DNA of 57,962 nt, filler included, from Sphacelaria rigidula (Eukaryota): the NCBI GenBank assembly GCA_964200075.2. It is 5 parts of 5 records of this genome, joined end to end, with 100 filler letters (N's around TTAATTAATTAA, not from the genome) between each part and the next. Parts side by side here need not be neighbours in the genome. Positions count along the whole stretch, not along the records: positions 34,840 to 46,351 come from CAXNAA020004843.1; positions 46,452 to 57,962 come from CAXNAA020004844.1; 3 more parts are not named here. One strand, 5' to 3'. Under the pieces are notes generated by a model. That model was not told the DNA's origin. It saw nothing but the letters and a program-made list of their open reading frames with translations, and ran no database searches. The stretch's first letter is position 1. The number at the start of each line of letters is the position of its first letter. Made by a program: the position numbers and the translations under genes. Positions 37,386-48,497 of the stretch are shown piece by piece.

Positions 37386-37922
37386 AGCGGCAATTCCGCC
37401 AAATCGGCATCCACCTGTCGTTCAAGCAGACACCCCTGCGAATCATCTGAACGATCTCCCGCCTATCAGTGGCGCAGATAGATCCACCATCAGCACGGCA
37501 AGCCCCAAGCTCACCCTGCTCGCTCGCCATACGCGAATAACCCCCCCCTCCAGCTTCGAGCATGCAAGGAGTATCTTCAGCTACGCGCTGGTCCGGCGGC
37601 AATTTCCCCCCGCGAATCATCTGAACGATCTCCCGCCCTGTCACTGGCGCAGATAGACTCACCATGAGCACGGCAAGCTCCTAGCTCACCCTGCTCGCTC
37701 GCAATACGCGAATACACGGGCACATGGACTGCAGCAGCTTCAAGTATTCATATATTAGCCCTCAGCATAGTACAGGAGAATAGAACCATAGCCTCTCTCC
37801 ACCAAAGTAGCAAAACCGGCTTTACTCGTCTTGGAGGTCACCATCACAGAGTCCGGCCATCAGACCCTCAACTCCACCTACAATGTCCCTGACCTTAGGT
37901 AATGATGGTGGCTAGGTCTACA
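37386..37922 (-). mobile_element. Older related LTR (family X), truncated by the LTR1 element, with an internal duplication
   Basis: Minus strand begins TGTAGACC at 37922. Shares GGGTCTGAT.G.C.GACT.TGTG with LTR1. 37428-37540 is duplicated at about 37606-37714 and is homologous to 44385-44490. Confidence 0.55.
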
Positions 37923-40900
37923 GGGTCCAGGCGTATATGATGTCTTTCTGGGTGAGTTCGTGGACCCCCCACCACGATATTTTCTGTCCTAGAACTTATT
38001 CACCAGTCGAAAATCTCACATTTAGGGTCCAGGCGTATATGATGTCGTTCTGGATGAGTAGTAAGGACTTCCCACCACAATGTTCGCCGCTCCAGGAAGT
38101 ATTTGCTAGTCGACAATCTCCCATTTGAGTTCCAGGCATAGAGTAAACGTCCCTATGACGGAACAGCGAGATTTTCAACACGCGAATATTTCCTCGAACA
38201 GCGAATATCGTGTTGGGAAGTCCTCAGAACTCAACGAAAACGATATAACCTATGCCTAAACGTCAAAAGGCACATTTTCGACTGATGAGTGTTTCCTGAA
38301 CAGCGAATACCGTCGCGGTAAGTCGGCAATACTATACCCAAAACGTCATCATATACGCCTGGACCTCAAATGGGGGGTTTTTGACCGGCGACTATTCCCT
38401 GGAACAGCGAATATCGTCGTGAGAAGATCGCAAACCTCATCCTGGGCGTGATAATGTACGCGTGCACCCCAAATGGGAGGAAATAAAGGGCTGCGGAGTC
38501 AGCAAATCTCACCCAGAACAGTATCATATATACACCTAAATCTCAAATGGGAGGTTTTCGACGGGCGGATATTTACTGGAACAGCGAACATCGTGGTCGG
38601 AAGTCGCCAACACTCACCTGGAATATTATCATACACACCTGGACTTTGGATGAGGGATTTTCGAAAGGCGAATAGATCCTGGTATAGCAAATATCGTGGT
38701 GAGAAGATCGCAAAACTCACCCAGAACGGTATCATATATACAAAACACCTGAACCTCAAATGGGAGATGTTGAACTAGCAAGTATTTCCTGGAACAGCGA
38801 ATATCGTGGTGGCAAGTACGCAAAACTTGCCAAGAACGGTATCCTTTACGCCTGGACCTTAAATGGGACATTTTCGACAGGTCTTATACCGTGGTGTGAA
38901 GTCCATAAGACCCAATCAGAACGATATCATACATGCCTGAACCTTAAAAAGAAGATTCTGAACTCGCAAAAAAATGATGGAACAGCGAATATCGTGGTGT
39001 GAAATCTGCAAAACTCAACCAGGACGATATCATATACGCCTGGACCTTTTATGGGAGATGTTGGACTAGTGTATCTTTCCCGCAGCAGCGAATATCGTGG
39101 TGGGAAGTCCGCAAAAGTCAAGGACGTTATCACATACGCTTTCACCTCGAGTGGGAGATTTTCGACTATCGAATACTTCCTGAAAAAGCGGGTATCGTCG
39201 TGGGAAGTCCGCAATACTCACGCAAAACGGTATCATATATACATACACCTGCACCCCAGAAGGTAAATTTTCGACGGGCGAACATTTCCTGGAACAGCGA
39301 GACGAGTGGTGGAAAGAACGCAAAACCCACCCAGAATGGTATCATATGCGCCTGGACTTCAAATCGAAGATTTTTTACTGGTGAATACTCCCTGGAACAG
39401 CGGGTGTCGTTCGTTGGAAATCAGCAAACTCACCCAGATTGTTATCATACACACCTGAACCTCGAAAGACAGATTTTCGACTGGCCAATATTCCCTGACA
39501 CAGCGAATATCGTGGTGAGAACAAGGCAAGTTCACCCAGAACGTTATCATACACCCCTGAACCTTAAATGGGAGATTTCGACAGGTGAATTTTTCTGGAA
39601 AAGCGAATATCGTCGTGGGAAGTCCGCAATACTCATCTTAAACGTTATCATACACCCCTGAACCTTAAAAGGGAGATTTTCAACCGGCGAATATTTCCTG
39701 GAACAGCGAATATCGTGGTGGTAAGTCTGCAGAACTCATCCAGAATGGTATCATATGTATTTCTGGACCTCGGATGGGGATTTGAAACTGGCGAAAATCA
39801 ATTCTCGAAGAGCGAATATGGTGATGAGAAGAACGCAAAGCTCACCCAGAACGGTATCATATACGCCTAGACCTCAAATGGGAGATTTTCGACAGGTGAA
39901 TATCTCCTGAACAGCGAGTATCGTTGTGGGATGTCCGCAAAATTCATCCAGAACGTCATTATATACACCTGGACCTCAATTGAGACAATATGTACTGGCG
40001 AATATTCTCTGGAGTAGCGGATATTCTCTGGAGTAGCGAATATCGTGGTAAGAAGTCCGCAAACTTCATCCAGAACGGTATCATATATGCACCTGAATCT
40101 CACAAGAAAGATTTTCGACTTGTCTAGATTTTCTGAAACAGCGAATATTGTGGTGGGAAGTCCGCGAAACTCACCCAGAACGTTATCGTACACACCTGCA
40201 CCTCGAATATGGGGTTATCGACTGGAAAAGATTCCCTGGAACAGCGAATATCCTGATGGGAAGTCCACGAAACTCACCCAGAGCGGTGTCACATCCGCCT
40301 GGACCACAAATGAGAGATTTTTGACAGGCGAATATTTCCTGGAAAAGCGAATATCGTGGTCGGAAGTCGGCGAAACTCACCCAGAACGTTTTCATATACG
40401 CCTGGACCTCGGATGGAGGATTTCCGGCTAATTTCTGGATCAGCAAATATCGTATTGAAAAGACCGTAATACTTACCCACGACCACAACGTTATCATATA
40501 CGGCTGGATCTCAAATGGGAAAAAATCGACCGGCGAATATTTCCTGGAAGAGCGAATATCGTCATGGGAAGTCCGCAAACCTCACCGAAAACGTTATCAT
40601 ATACGCCTGGACCTCAAATGGTAGATTTTGAACCGGCAAGTATTCTCTGGAGCGGCGAATATCGTGGTATACATCACCCACGTTCTTGCGCGTTGCCATA
40701 GCTGCACGCAACAGTTCCAGTCAACCTAGCCGTCTCTCCGTTGCCAGCGAGCTCCCTCACCTTACAGAGTACACAATCCTGTGTACAAAGTCTGATATAA
40801 TTTCTCCGCAGCTGCCCACAGCTGAAAAAACTCTTCCAGAAACCAGCGGGTTCCTTTTAATAAACGTTCATTATAGAGTCCTCCTGGACTCAGAACAAGG

Positions 40901-41760
40901 TCACAAGATTGCTCCAAGGGCTTCCTCCCTCACTAGGGCCTACAGACTTCAAGACAGTTGTTATTCATAAAACACACAGCCTTCGTTATCGGAAGTGCGT
41001 GAAGCATGTGATGTTCCAATCCACATAGTCTGCCCATCAGACCCGCAAGTCTGTCAACCAATGGAAAACGCCTACAGCAGATTGTTCCACTTGGAGATCA
41101 TCATGAACCTGCTCGTACGTGTACTGGAGGTGGACTACTCTACAGGTAGGAAGTCCGTAAAACTCGGTAAGAACGGTATCATATATACATCTGCACCTCA
41201 GATTGGAGGTTTTCGACTAATGACGTTTTCGTAGAACAGCGAATATCGTGATGAAAAGTCGGCAACAATTACCCAGAATTATGTCATATATACACCTGAA
41301 CGTCAAAAGGAAAATTTTCGTGCGGCGATTTTTCCAGGAATAGCGAATATCGTCGTGAAAGGACCGCAAAACTCACTCAGAACAGTATCATACATGCCTG
41401 GATCTCAAATGGGAGATATGACTGGCGAATACTTCCTAAACAGCGTATATCGTGGTGAGAAGAGCGATGAACTCACCCAGATAATCATCATATATACGCC
41501 TGACCCTCAAGTTGGAGATTCTCGAGTGAAGAATATTCCTGGAACAGCAAATATCGTGGTCAAAAGTCCGCAAAACTCACCCAGAACGGTATCGCAACCT
41601 CAAAAGGAAGCTTTTCAACTCATCTATAATCTCTGGAACAGCGAATGTCGTGGTGGGAAGTCCGCAGCACTCACCCAGAACGGCATCATGCTCGCCTCGA
41701 CCTCTACTGTGAGATTTTCGATAGGCAAATATTTCCTCGAACAGCGAATATCGTGGTGCG
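37923..41760. repeat. 103-bp tandem satellite, about 30 diverged units, with an orientation switch at about 38150 and a solo LTR insertion
   Basis: Consensus about GGAACAGCGAATATCGTGGTGGGAAGTCCGCAAAACTCACCCAGAACGGTATCATATACGCCTGGACCTCAAATGGGAGATTTTCGACTGGCGAATATTTCCT. Unit starts at 39597 and 39700 are 103 apart. 37923-38140 are reverse-complement units. Confidence 0.95.
40670..41144 (-). mobile_element. Solo LTR (LTR1, 475 bp) with 4-bp TSD GGTA
   Basis: Colinear with 36905-37385. GGTA at 40666-40669 and 41145-41148. Removing it restores a satellite unit (GCGAATATCGT-GGTA-GGAAGTCCG). Confidence 0.9.
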
Positions 41761-42749
41761 ATATACCTCTACTCATTTAGCCTGGATAAAAAAAGCTAAA
41801 ATCTGGTTGGTCCTGTAAAACGTACACCTATGATCATGTGGTTTGCTTGTAGGTTCTGTTGATGCGCAAGCTGGTTAGATTTGCACACGATTCACCTTAC
41901 GAACATAGCCCCGCAGGTGGGTCCCGATAGTAGTTCCCCGGTGTGAAGTACTCACTGTTTGACCCTGTCGGTCGCTTTCTCGAGGTCTCTTCCTCAAGCG
42001 CAATATGCACGCATGAGTGCGTTGACCTACGCCACCACAATTCGAAATACGAGTAACTACTGTAGTCATCTCCGCAGTTTGCTTCCTCCCGTACTAGCGC
42101 AACGCAACACGTGCGCGCGTCCCTTATGGCGCGCACTATGCATTCATTTACCTTGTCCGGTTGTTTTTTCCACGGGAATGTTGTACCCTGGGATGAAACG
42201 AAATTGCAGTTTGTTACCTTTATTTTCATACGAAGATCGAAATCTCCTGTGGTTGCTGTCTCTCGAAACCTTTTTTTCCAACCAAATTTCGCGGGGTGTG
42301 ATCACCGTAGATGGACTGATTTGATACCATGTTTCCGGTTTCGAAGCATCATGTTGCAAAGAGAATGGGTTGTGCAGGGTTGTGGTCAATGTTGCATGTT
42401 TCTCCCGGGCAATCAATGATTCCTTCAACGAATTCAGTCAAACAAGAACCGAATTTTCGTTGTTCTATGCATGTTCAAACATCATCCCTCATTTCACAAC
42501 ATAATCACCCCCCCCTGGACATAAAGTTTCCAGGTCGCACATCATACTGTTTGTTCACTAATTCGCATATCCTATTATTATGTCGACTCACATCATCGAG
42601 GTCCACCCTTCACGATCATTTCATCCCCATGCACTCACCGTGTATCCGCTAACCAACCAGTAAACGCACCGCACGAGTGGAAAGTCCAACGCAGAACAGA
42701 GCAACGTTGAACCTCAGGGTATCTTGATCTCAGCTTCAGGACCGATTCA

Positions 42750-44520
42750 GTTTCTCTTTTTCAGTGGTGGTTTTTAAGCTCGTTCCAAAAAAGATTGAAA
42801 ACGAGGGTACGACCCATCACTCCATGCTTAAGCATCGAGTTCAAGTCGGGTGTAAAGAGGCATGTTAATGTAACCGTCTGCAACGGCTCAAACACCCTCA
42901 CCCCTGACTGCGGCACATTGCCAGTTCCCACAGTCAGCCCTCCGGGACTTTTCCATCGAAAGACGGACCCCATTACTGTACTGTCCCTTCCTCCATGCAC
43001 ACCGCGATCCATAACAGTACAATTCAACAACGACAAACGGACCTCGACCTCCGCCATCATTGATCACCCGTACTGATATCGCTCTCAAAATCGTTTTTAT
43101 CCAGTACAACTTGGATTCAGGACCGTCATACGCCATCGGTCGATTAACCGCGATGTAAAATGTTTTCATGTCTCAAAAGACTGCCAGCTCACCTGCACCG
43201 CCCCCTTAGACAAGCGGACACTCCATTCACATGATCCTTCCAGACGGGAATGAAACATTCCATCAAAAGATGCCCCATAGCCGAAGATCACTCCTTTTCA
43301 ACCACAAGAAACACTCGCGTTTTCCTTGCGCACATACAAGTGAGTCTACGCATTTCGTAGATACTACTTATGTTAACGCCAACAGCAGCAATCACCATGT
43401 CCTACAGTCAGTACCCACAAGCCGCACAAAAAGAACTCCGCCGCGTGTCTGTGTGAACAGGAATGTACCAGGTTCACCTTATCCAGCATACAGCAGTATG
43501 ATAAAAACTGCCTCACCCTCACTCTTCGCCAGATACTATGCACACTAGTACCAAACTGTAGCGAACATTCCACACATGCATGCCAGCATTTCATCAAGCA
43601 CATGCAATACGACCTTCCTCGCAGCAAACACCATGCATCGTCCGTGCCAGCCATATCAGGACAACACACACACATGCCAAATATCCACGTGTACGCCATG
43701 ATTTCAGCCTGCACACGCGATGCGATCATACTCGCTCAACAACCATGTCTAATGCGCAAACATGACCACATACTACACAGTAATAAGCTGCGATCATCCT
43801 CGAAACGATTCGTGAATACCAGTCATATTGTGCTTCCTGATTCTCAACAAGCACTCGATCACCTCAGCACTTGCTCCTCAACATCAGCACCCAACTCGGC
43901 GCTCACCACGACAGCAAGCACCTCCAGCCCGCTCCTGAGAAGTAGTAGCACCCGAACCACGACCCCGTGCACAGTATAGAGCAGCGAGTCCACTCAAACA
44001 CTCGCTCCTCGCGCTATGAGTCTAGCTACAGCTCGCACTCTCGTGGAACCGCTCAGCTCGCTACTAAACGGTATACCCGCACCGCCGAACCAATGCGACA
44101 AGCCATCTGCCTCCACAAACACTTGGTCAGTACTGAACACCTGTGCTTCAGTGATTTTTACAGAGGAAACGAGAGGCGAAACGGGAACAGCTACACAGTC
44201 CCGACAACACTCCCTGATGGCACACTATCCTGCTCAAACACCCCGCGGCGCAACAGTGGAGACATTTTCGCCATCGCCGCCGAACACGCCAAAGCTGTCC
44301 ATGTGAACAGTATTGCGTACGACCACCGCAACACCACGCAATCCAGGGAATCCACATCCACCAACCCGGCATCCACTTTTCCTGCGAGCAGATTCCCCTG
44401 TGAATCATCTGAACATCTCCCGCTGGATCACTGGAGCAGATATACTCGCCCTGAGCATCGCAATCTCCAAGCTTGCTCTGCTCACGCTCATCACGAAGAG
44501 AGCACCCTCCTCCGGGTAGT
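42750..44520 (-). mobile_element. Highly decayed LTR-retroelement remnant (family X)
   Basis: 44340-44500 is homologous to 37400-37540. The downstream sequence has only vague integrase C-terminal/chromodomain-like fragments and no intact motif. Confidence 0.35.
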
Positions 44521-44624
44521 GATTGCGCTGAGCTTTTTGACAGGCTTTTCGGGCAACAGCTGGTGATCAACCGATACCAAAGCGCACCCTGGCACTACCT
44601 CTGAACCTTCTCGGCTCTACTCCT

Positions 44625-45057
44625 GCCATTCTTCTGCGCGCTGCCATCCTTCCAATAAGGCTTCTGTACTTTAGTCGCCTCGGGTTATATGACCAGCACC
44701 TCTTTCTCCGCCGCTTCTTCCTCGACTGTTTTTCAACGTGAAAGTCCCCCGCTTTACAGATTATGAGGTATGGCTTCAAAAGTCTCATTCAGAAACCGAC
44801 AAGTTTCCTGAATAAACGTTTACTATAGACTAGTCTGAAGTCAAAACAAGGTTGCAGTGCTGGTCCAAAGGCTCCTTCCCTGTCACGGGCTCCAGATATT
44901 TCAAGACTCAAGCAGTTATACAAATAGCAGTCCTCGTCTGCAAACATTATACATCTCGTAGTCTACCGATCATACTCTCAGACCCATTATCCATCGACCA
45001 GCCTATAAACGCCTGCTATGCACTTTCTCCACTGCAGTCATGTATGCACCTTACCAG
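44625..45057 (-). mobile_element. LTR of related family LTR2 (probably solo)
   Basis: Inverted homology to 45080-45367, ending at ...TGGCA in both. Diverged similarity to LTR1 (GTCTTGAA.T.TC.GG.GCCC.GTGA..GGGA.G.AGCC). Confidence 0.6.
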
Positions 45058-45079
45058 GGTAAAAATATTACCCGGAGTC

Positions 45080-45625
45080 TACAAGTCTTGAAATCTCTGT
45101 AGCCCGTGACAGGGAGGAAGCCTCTGGAGCAGCACTGTGATCTTGTTCTGATTTCAGACAAGTCTGCCATGAACTTTGATTCAGGCAACTTGGCGGTTTC
45201 TGGAAGGAGGTTTGAAGCCGCACCGTGCAGTCTGTAGAGCCTGAGGACGCTCACGGTGAAAAAAAAGGGGCGAGAAGCGGCGGAGAGAGAGGCGCTGGTC
45301 ATATAACCCGAGGCAACTGAAGTGAAGGAGGCTGTTGGAAGGATAGTAGCGCGAAGGGGAGGTGGCAACAGCGACACGGTTAATGAGGTGAAGTTTGGAT
45401 TGATCGAGTTGACTCTTGATGGATTGTTGAAAGTTCCCGAATATGGTCGAGTGTTTAGTGAAAAAGCCTCCAGACGCTTTTACCGAAGGTATCGAGATCA
45501 CGAGGAGGCGGTAGAAAAAGTAACAAAGACCAGACGGTTAAGTGCGCGCTCTTGACCATGCAAGCGATGGTGCCCAAGCACATCCAGAACTGCGTGTCTG
45601 ACAACATCTTTGACGGGCTTCTACT
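45080..45625 (+). mobile_element. LTR2 element fragment (3' part of LTR plus gag start), interrupted at 45626 by an LTR1 element
   Basis: EVKFGLIELTLDGLLKVPEYGRVFSEKASRRFYRRY...VPKHIQNCVSDNIFDG aligns with LTR1 gag EVTFKFTELMPAGSLKAPEYGRHFSENASRRFYQKY...VPKHIRACLSRTIFDG. Confidence 0.75.
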
Positions 45626-46351
45626 TGTAAAGTAGTCCACCTCCAGTACACGTACGAGCAGGTTCATGATGATATACAAGTGGGACAATCTGCTGTAGGC
45701 GTTTCCATTGGTTGACGGACTTGCGGGTCTGATCGGCAGACTGTGTAGATTTGAACATCACATACTTCATGCATGTGGTTACTTCCGATAACGAAGGCTG
45801 TGTGTTTTATGAATAACAACTATCTTGAAGTCTCCAGGCCCTAGTGAGGGAGGAAGCCCTTGGAGCAATCTTGTGACCTTGTTCTGAGTCCAGGAGGGCT
45901 CTATAATAAACGCTTATGAAGAGGAAACCGCTAGTTTCTGGAAGAGGTTTTTCAGCTGTGGACAGCTGCGGAGAAATTATATCAGACTTTGTACACAGGA
46001 TTGTGCACTCTGTAACGTGAGGGAGCTCGCTGACAACGGAGAGACGGCTAGGTTGACTGGAACTGTTGCGTGCAGCTATGACAACGTGCGAGAAAGTGGG
46101 TGATGGCGATGCAGGCGAAGAGGTGACGTTTAAGTTTACTGAGCTTATGCCTGCAGGATCGCTGAAAGCCCCAGAGTACGGACGGCATTTTAGCGAAAAT
46201 GCGTCCCGACGCTTTTATCAGAAATACGTCGAGTATGAAGAGGCGTGTCAAAATGAACAACAAAGGACGTAGCATGCAGGCCGTGTTACTTACTGACTGT
46301 TACTGAACTGGTGCCGAAGCATATCCGTGCGTGTTTGTCACGCACGAGTTT
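45626..46351 (+). mobile_element. Ty3/Gypsy LTR1 element, 5' LTR (45626 to about 46113) plus gag start, truncated by gap
   Basis: Near-identical inverted copy of 36670-37385. Starts TGTAAAG. ATG at 46078. Confidence 0.85.
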
Positions 46352-46451
46352 NNNNNNNNNNNNNNNNNNNNNNNNNNNNNNNNNNNNNNNNNNNNTTAAT
46401 TAATTAANNNNNNNNNNNNNNNNNNNNNNNNNNNNNNNNNNNNNNNNNNNN
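46352..46451. other. Assembly gap with TTAATTAATTAA linker
   Basis: N-run with a central 12-mer. Confidence 0.95.
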
Positions 46452-46570
46452 GTCAATGGTGTTATGACTATGGCATGCATGATCATGAGTACACCCACTC
46501 TATCTGCTGCTTGAAAACGCACTTCCATTCCGATATCAGGGCAGTGCTGCATAGTAGTATTTGTACTCAC

Positions 46571-46820
46571 AATCGACGGACTCGACCTGGAACATGCAGG
46601 TTCCCTCCCCGTCTCCAGCGAAAGTCGTTCCCTCCGCCTCTCCCGTCGAAGTAACGCCTGCCTTGCTCAGACACGTGGCCTCGTTCGTCGTGCAGTTGTA
46701 GTCTTCGGCTACGGTGTACGAAGCGTCGTCGTCCGTGCAACCCCACAGGGCGCTCCAGTCCGTCTCCGTGGGGCAAGCTTCTACGCACACGCCGGTACTA
46801 TCGAATCGGATGTAGTACAG
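46571..46820 (-). CDS. Choline transporter-like (CTL/SLC44) protein, exon encoding the Cys-rich extracellular loop
   Basis: cctgcAG acceptor, T|GTGAGT donor. LYYIRFDSTGVCVEACPT matches the CTL 'LYY...CV..CP' motif. Phase 0 join to the previous exon. Confidence 0.85.
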
Positions 46821-48290
46821 CTGCAGGCAACGCGAGGTTTCGGTTGGCAAGGAAAGGGGTCGGATATTGGACAACAAGTGGGACCAAAGAAAGCAAGCTG
46901 TTGATTTTGAGGAAAGGAGAATGGCTGTGGTGTGGTATGGTTGGAAGGAAAAGGTGCGATTACGGCATGTGCATGGCGCAGCAGTTTCGGGAAGATAACG
47001 CGTGCTCATGGTGTATTTCGTTGGGCGTTTTGACTACTCAAAGTTTCTCATTACCCACGACGTATGTCATGCAGTTGACCGCAGCGTGCTCTACGCACTC
47101 TGCATCAAGGCTCGAAGAGCCCAGTGCCGTGTTGTCCTCGCACTGTGCAGCTCCTCGAGTTCGCTAACGCTTCCTATACGTCGGACAGCTCATGAGCTAC
47201 CTGGATTTTACTTGGCATTAGAGTACGCAACGCTGTGGCTTCTCAGACACTGCTGTCCCGTGTTTTGTGTTTTTGTACAATAGATCTGAGAATTCTCTTC
47301 GATTAGTGATTCCAGGTAACTCATGACCTGTCCAACGTGTGATGTGTAACGCTCTGCTGGGCTGCAGTAGAGATCCAGCACAGTGATTCATTGAAGTTAT
47401 GAAGATATGAACGAATTTTCGGAATTTTGTGGCGGTGCCACGCGTCGGAGAAGTGTCGTGTCTCCTTTATTTCTTCATATTTTGCCATGAATTCATTTTT
47501 TTGTGTCGTCGCTCTGCGTCGCATTATATTATGTTATAAAAAACGACACTACCTCTCAGGTAACGTCTGGCAGAATCAGAACCACCACTCACCCTGTGAA
47601 TATTCCCTGTCCAACTTCACAGCGAGTTTAACCTACCTTCTTTGGATAACATCGCTTAATTTTTTCCCTGGATCCAAGTCTGGCCTAGTCGTTGACCTGA
47701 ACTGCCCTTTCGTCAAAAGTAGAGATCACTTCAGCTCATCTTTTTTGCATAAAAAACAATATATATATATATATACATGTGTGTGTTTCACCTGAAGCCA
47801 AGCTGCAGGGGCTGGCCATTTTGGGGTTTATTACGTTGTTCAATTTTGTTTTATTTTACATCTTCCCCGTTCCTTTATTCTCCGTTCCTGCTTGGTTTTG
47901 CCTTTGTTTTCTCGCTGTTCTCGGTTTAGTTTCCCAGTTTACTCCCCTTTCGCTTATTCGATCGTATTTGTTCTCGTCTCCACTCTTTCTTTTTTCTTCA
48001 GCGACCGATCCCGTTTTGTTTCCCTTGGGTATGACTATCTTGTGACCACGATGACCAGGTGCTTTGAAGATCAGTCAATAATATACTGCGTGTTCACTTT
48101 GTTTTGCCCTTCAATCGAGTGCTACATGTCGCCGTCGCGGTAGTTCTCACTCCAGCTCACTCGTCCTAGTTCGGATGGCAAAAGTCTTTCAATCACACTG
48201 GTCTCTTATCAAGAGTTTTCAGGTGCACCCAAATGCAGTATGTGAACTAACCCCCGATCCATCAAAACGAACCTTTTGGCTGTAACTCAC

Positions 48291-48497
48291 CTTGGACTTG
48301 TCCTTGACGGCATCGTCCACGCCGCAAATACGACCCGCATAGTCTATACCGTTGACCAGAACGTCGGGGTCCCCGTTTCTCATGGCGTCAACCCCCAGGT
48401 ACGTCATGGCCAACCAAGCTATCACCAGTATGATCATGAATAAGACATCGGTACACCGTCGCTCAGCTCCGCCTTCGATGTCTTCGGGTGCCTGAAG
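48291..48497 (-). CDS. Choline transporter-like (CTL/SLC44) protein, exon with TM1
   Basis: RRCTDVLF-hydrophobic helix-GDP..LVNGIDYAGRICG is the CTL N-terminal signature. AAG|GTGAGT donor. Acceptor at 48497 or 48491. Confidence 0.9.

Noticed and set aside
38999-39661. 220-aa ORF and other ORFs within the satellite
   Set aside because: The unit length of 103 is not a multiple of 3, so the peptide cycles through frames. These are chance ORFs.
37923-41760. 103-bp array as a CRISPR-like repeat-spacer locus next to an RT
   Set aside because: Units are homologous over their whole length with no unique spacers. No cas-like ORFs, and the context is eukaryotic.
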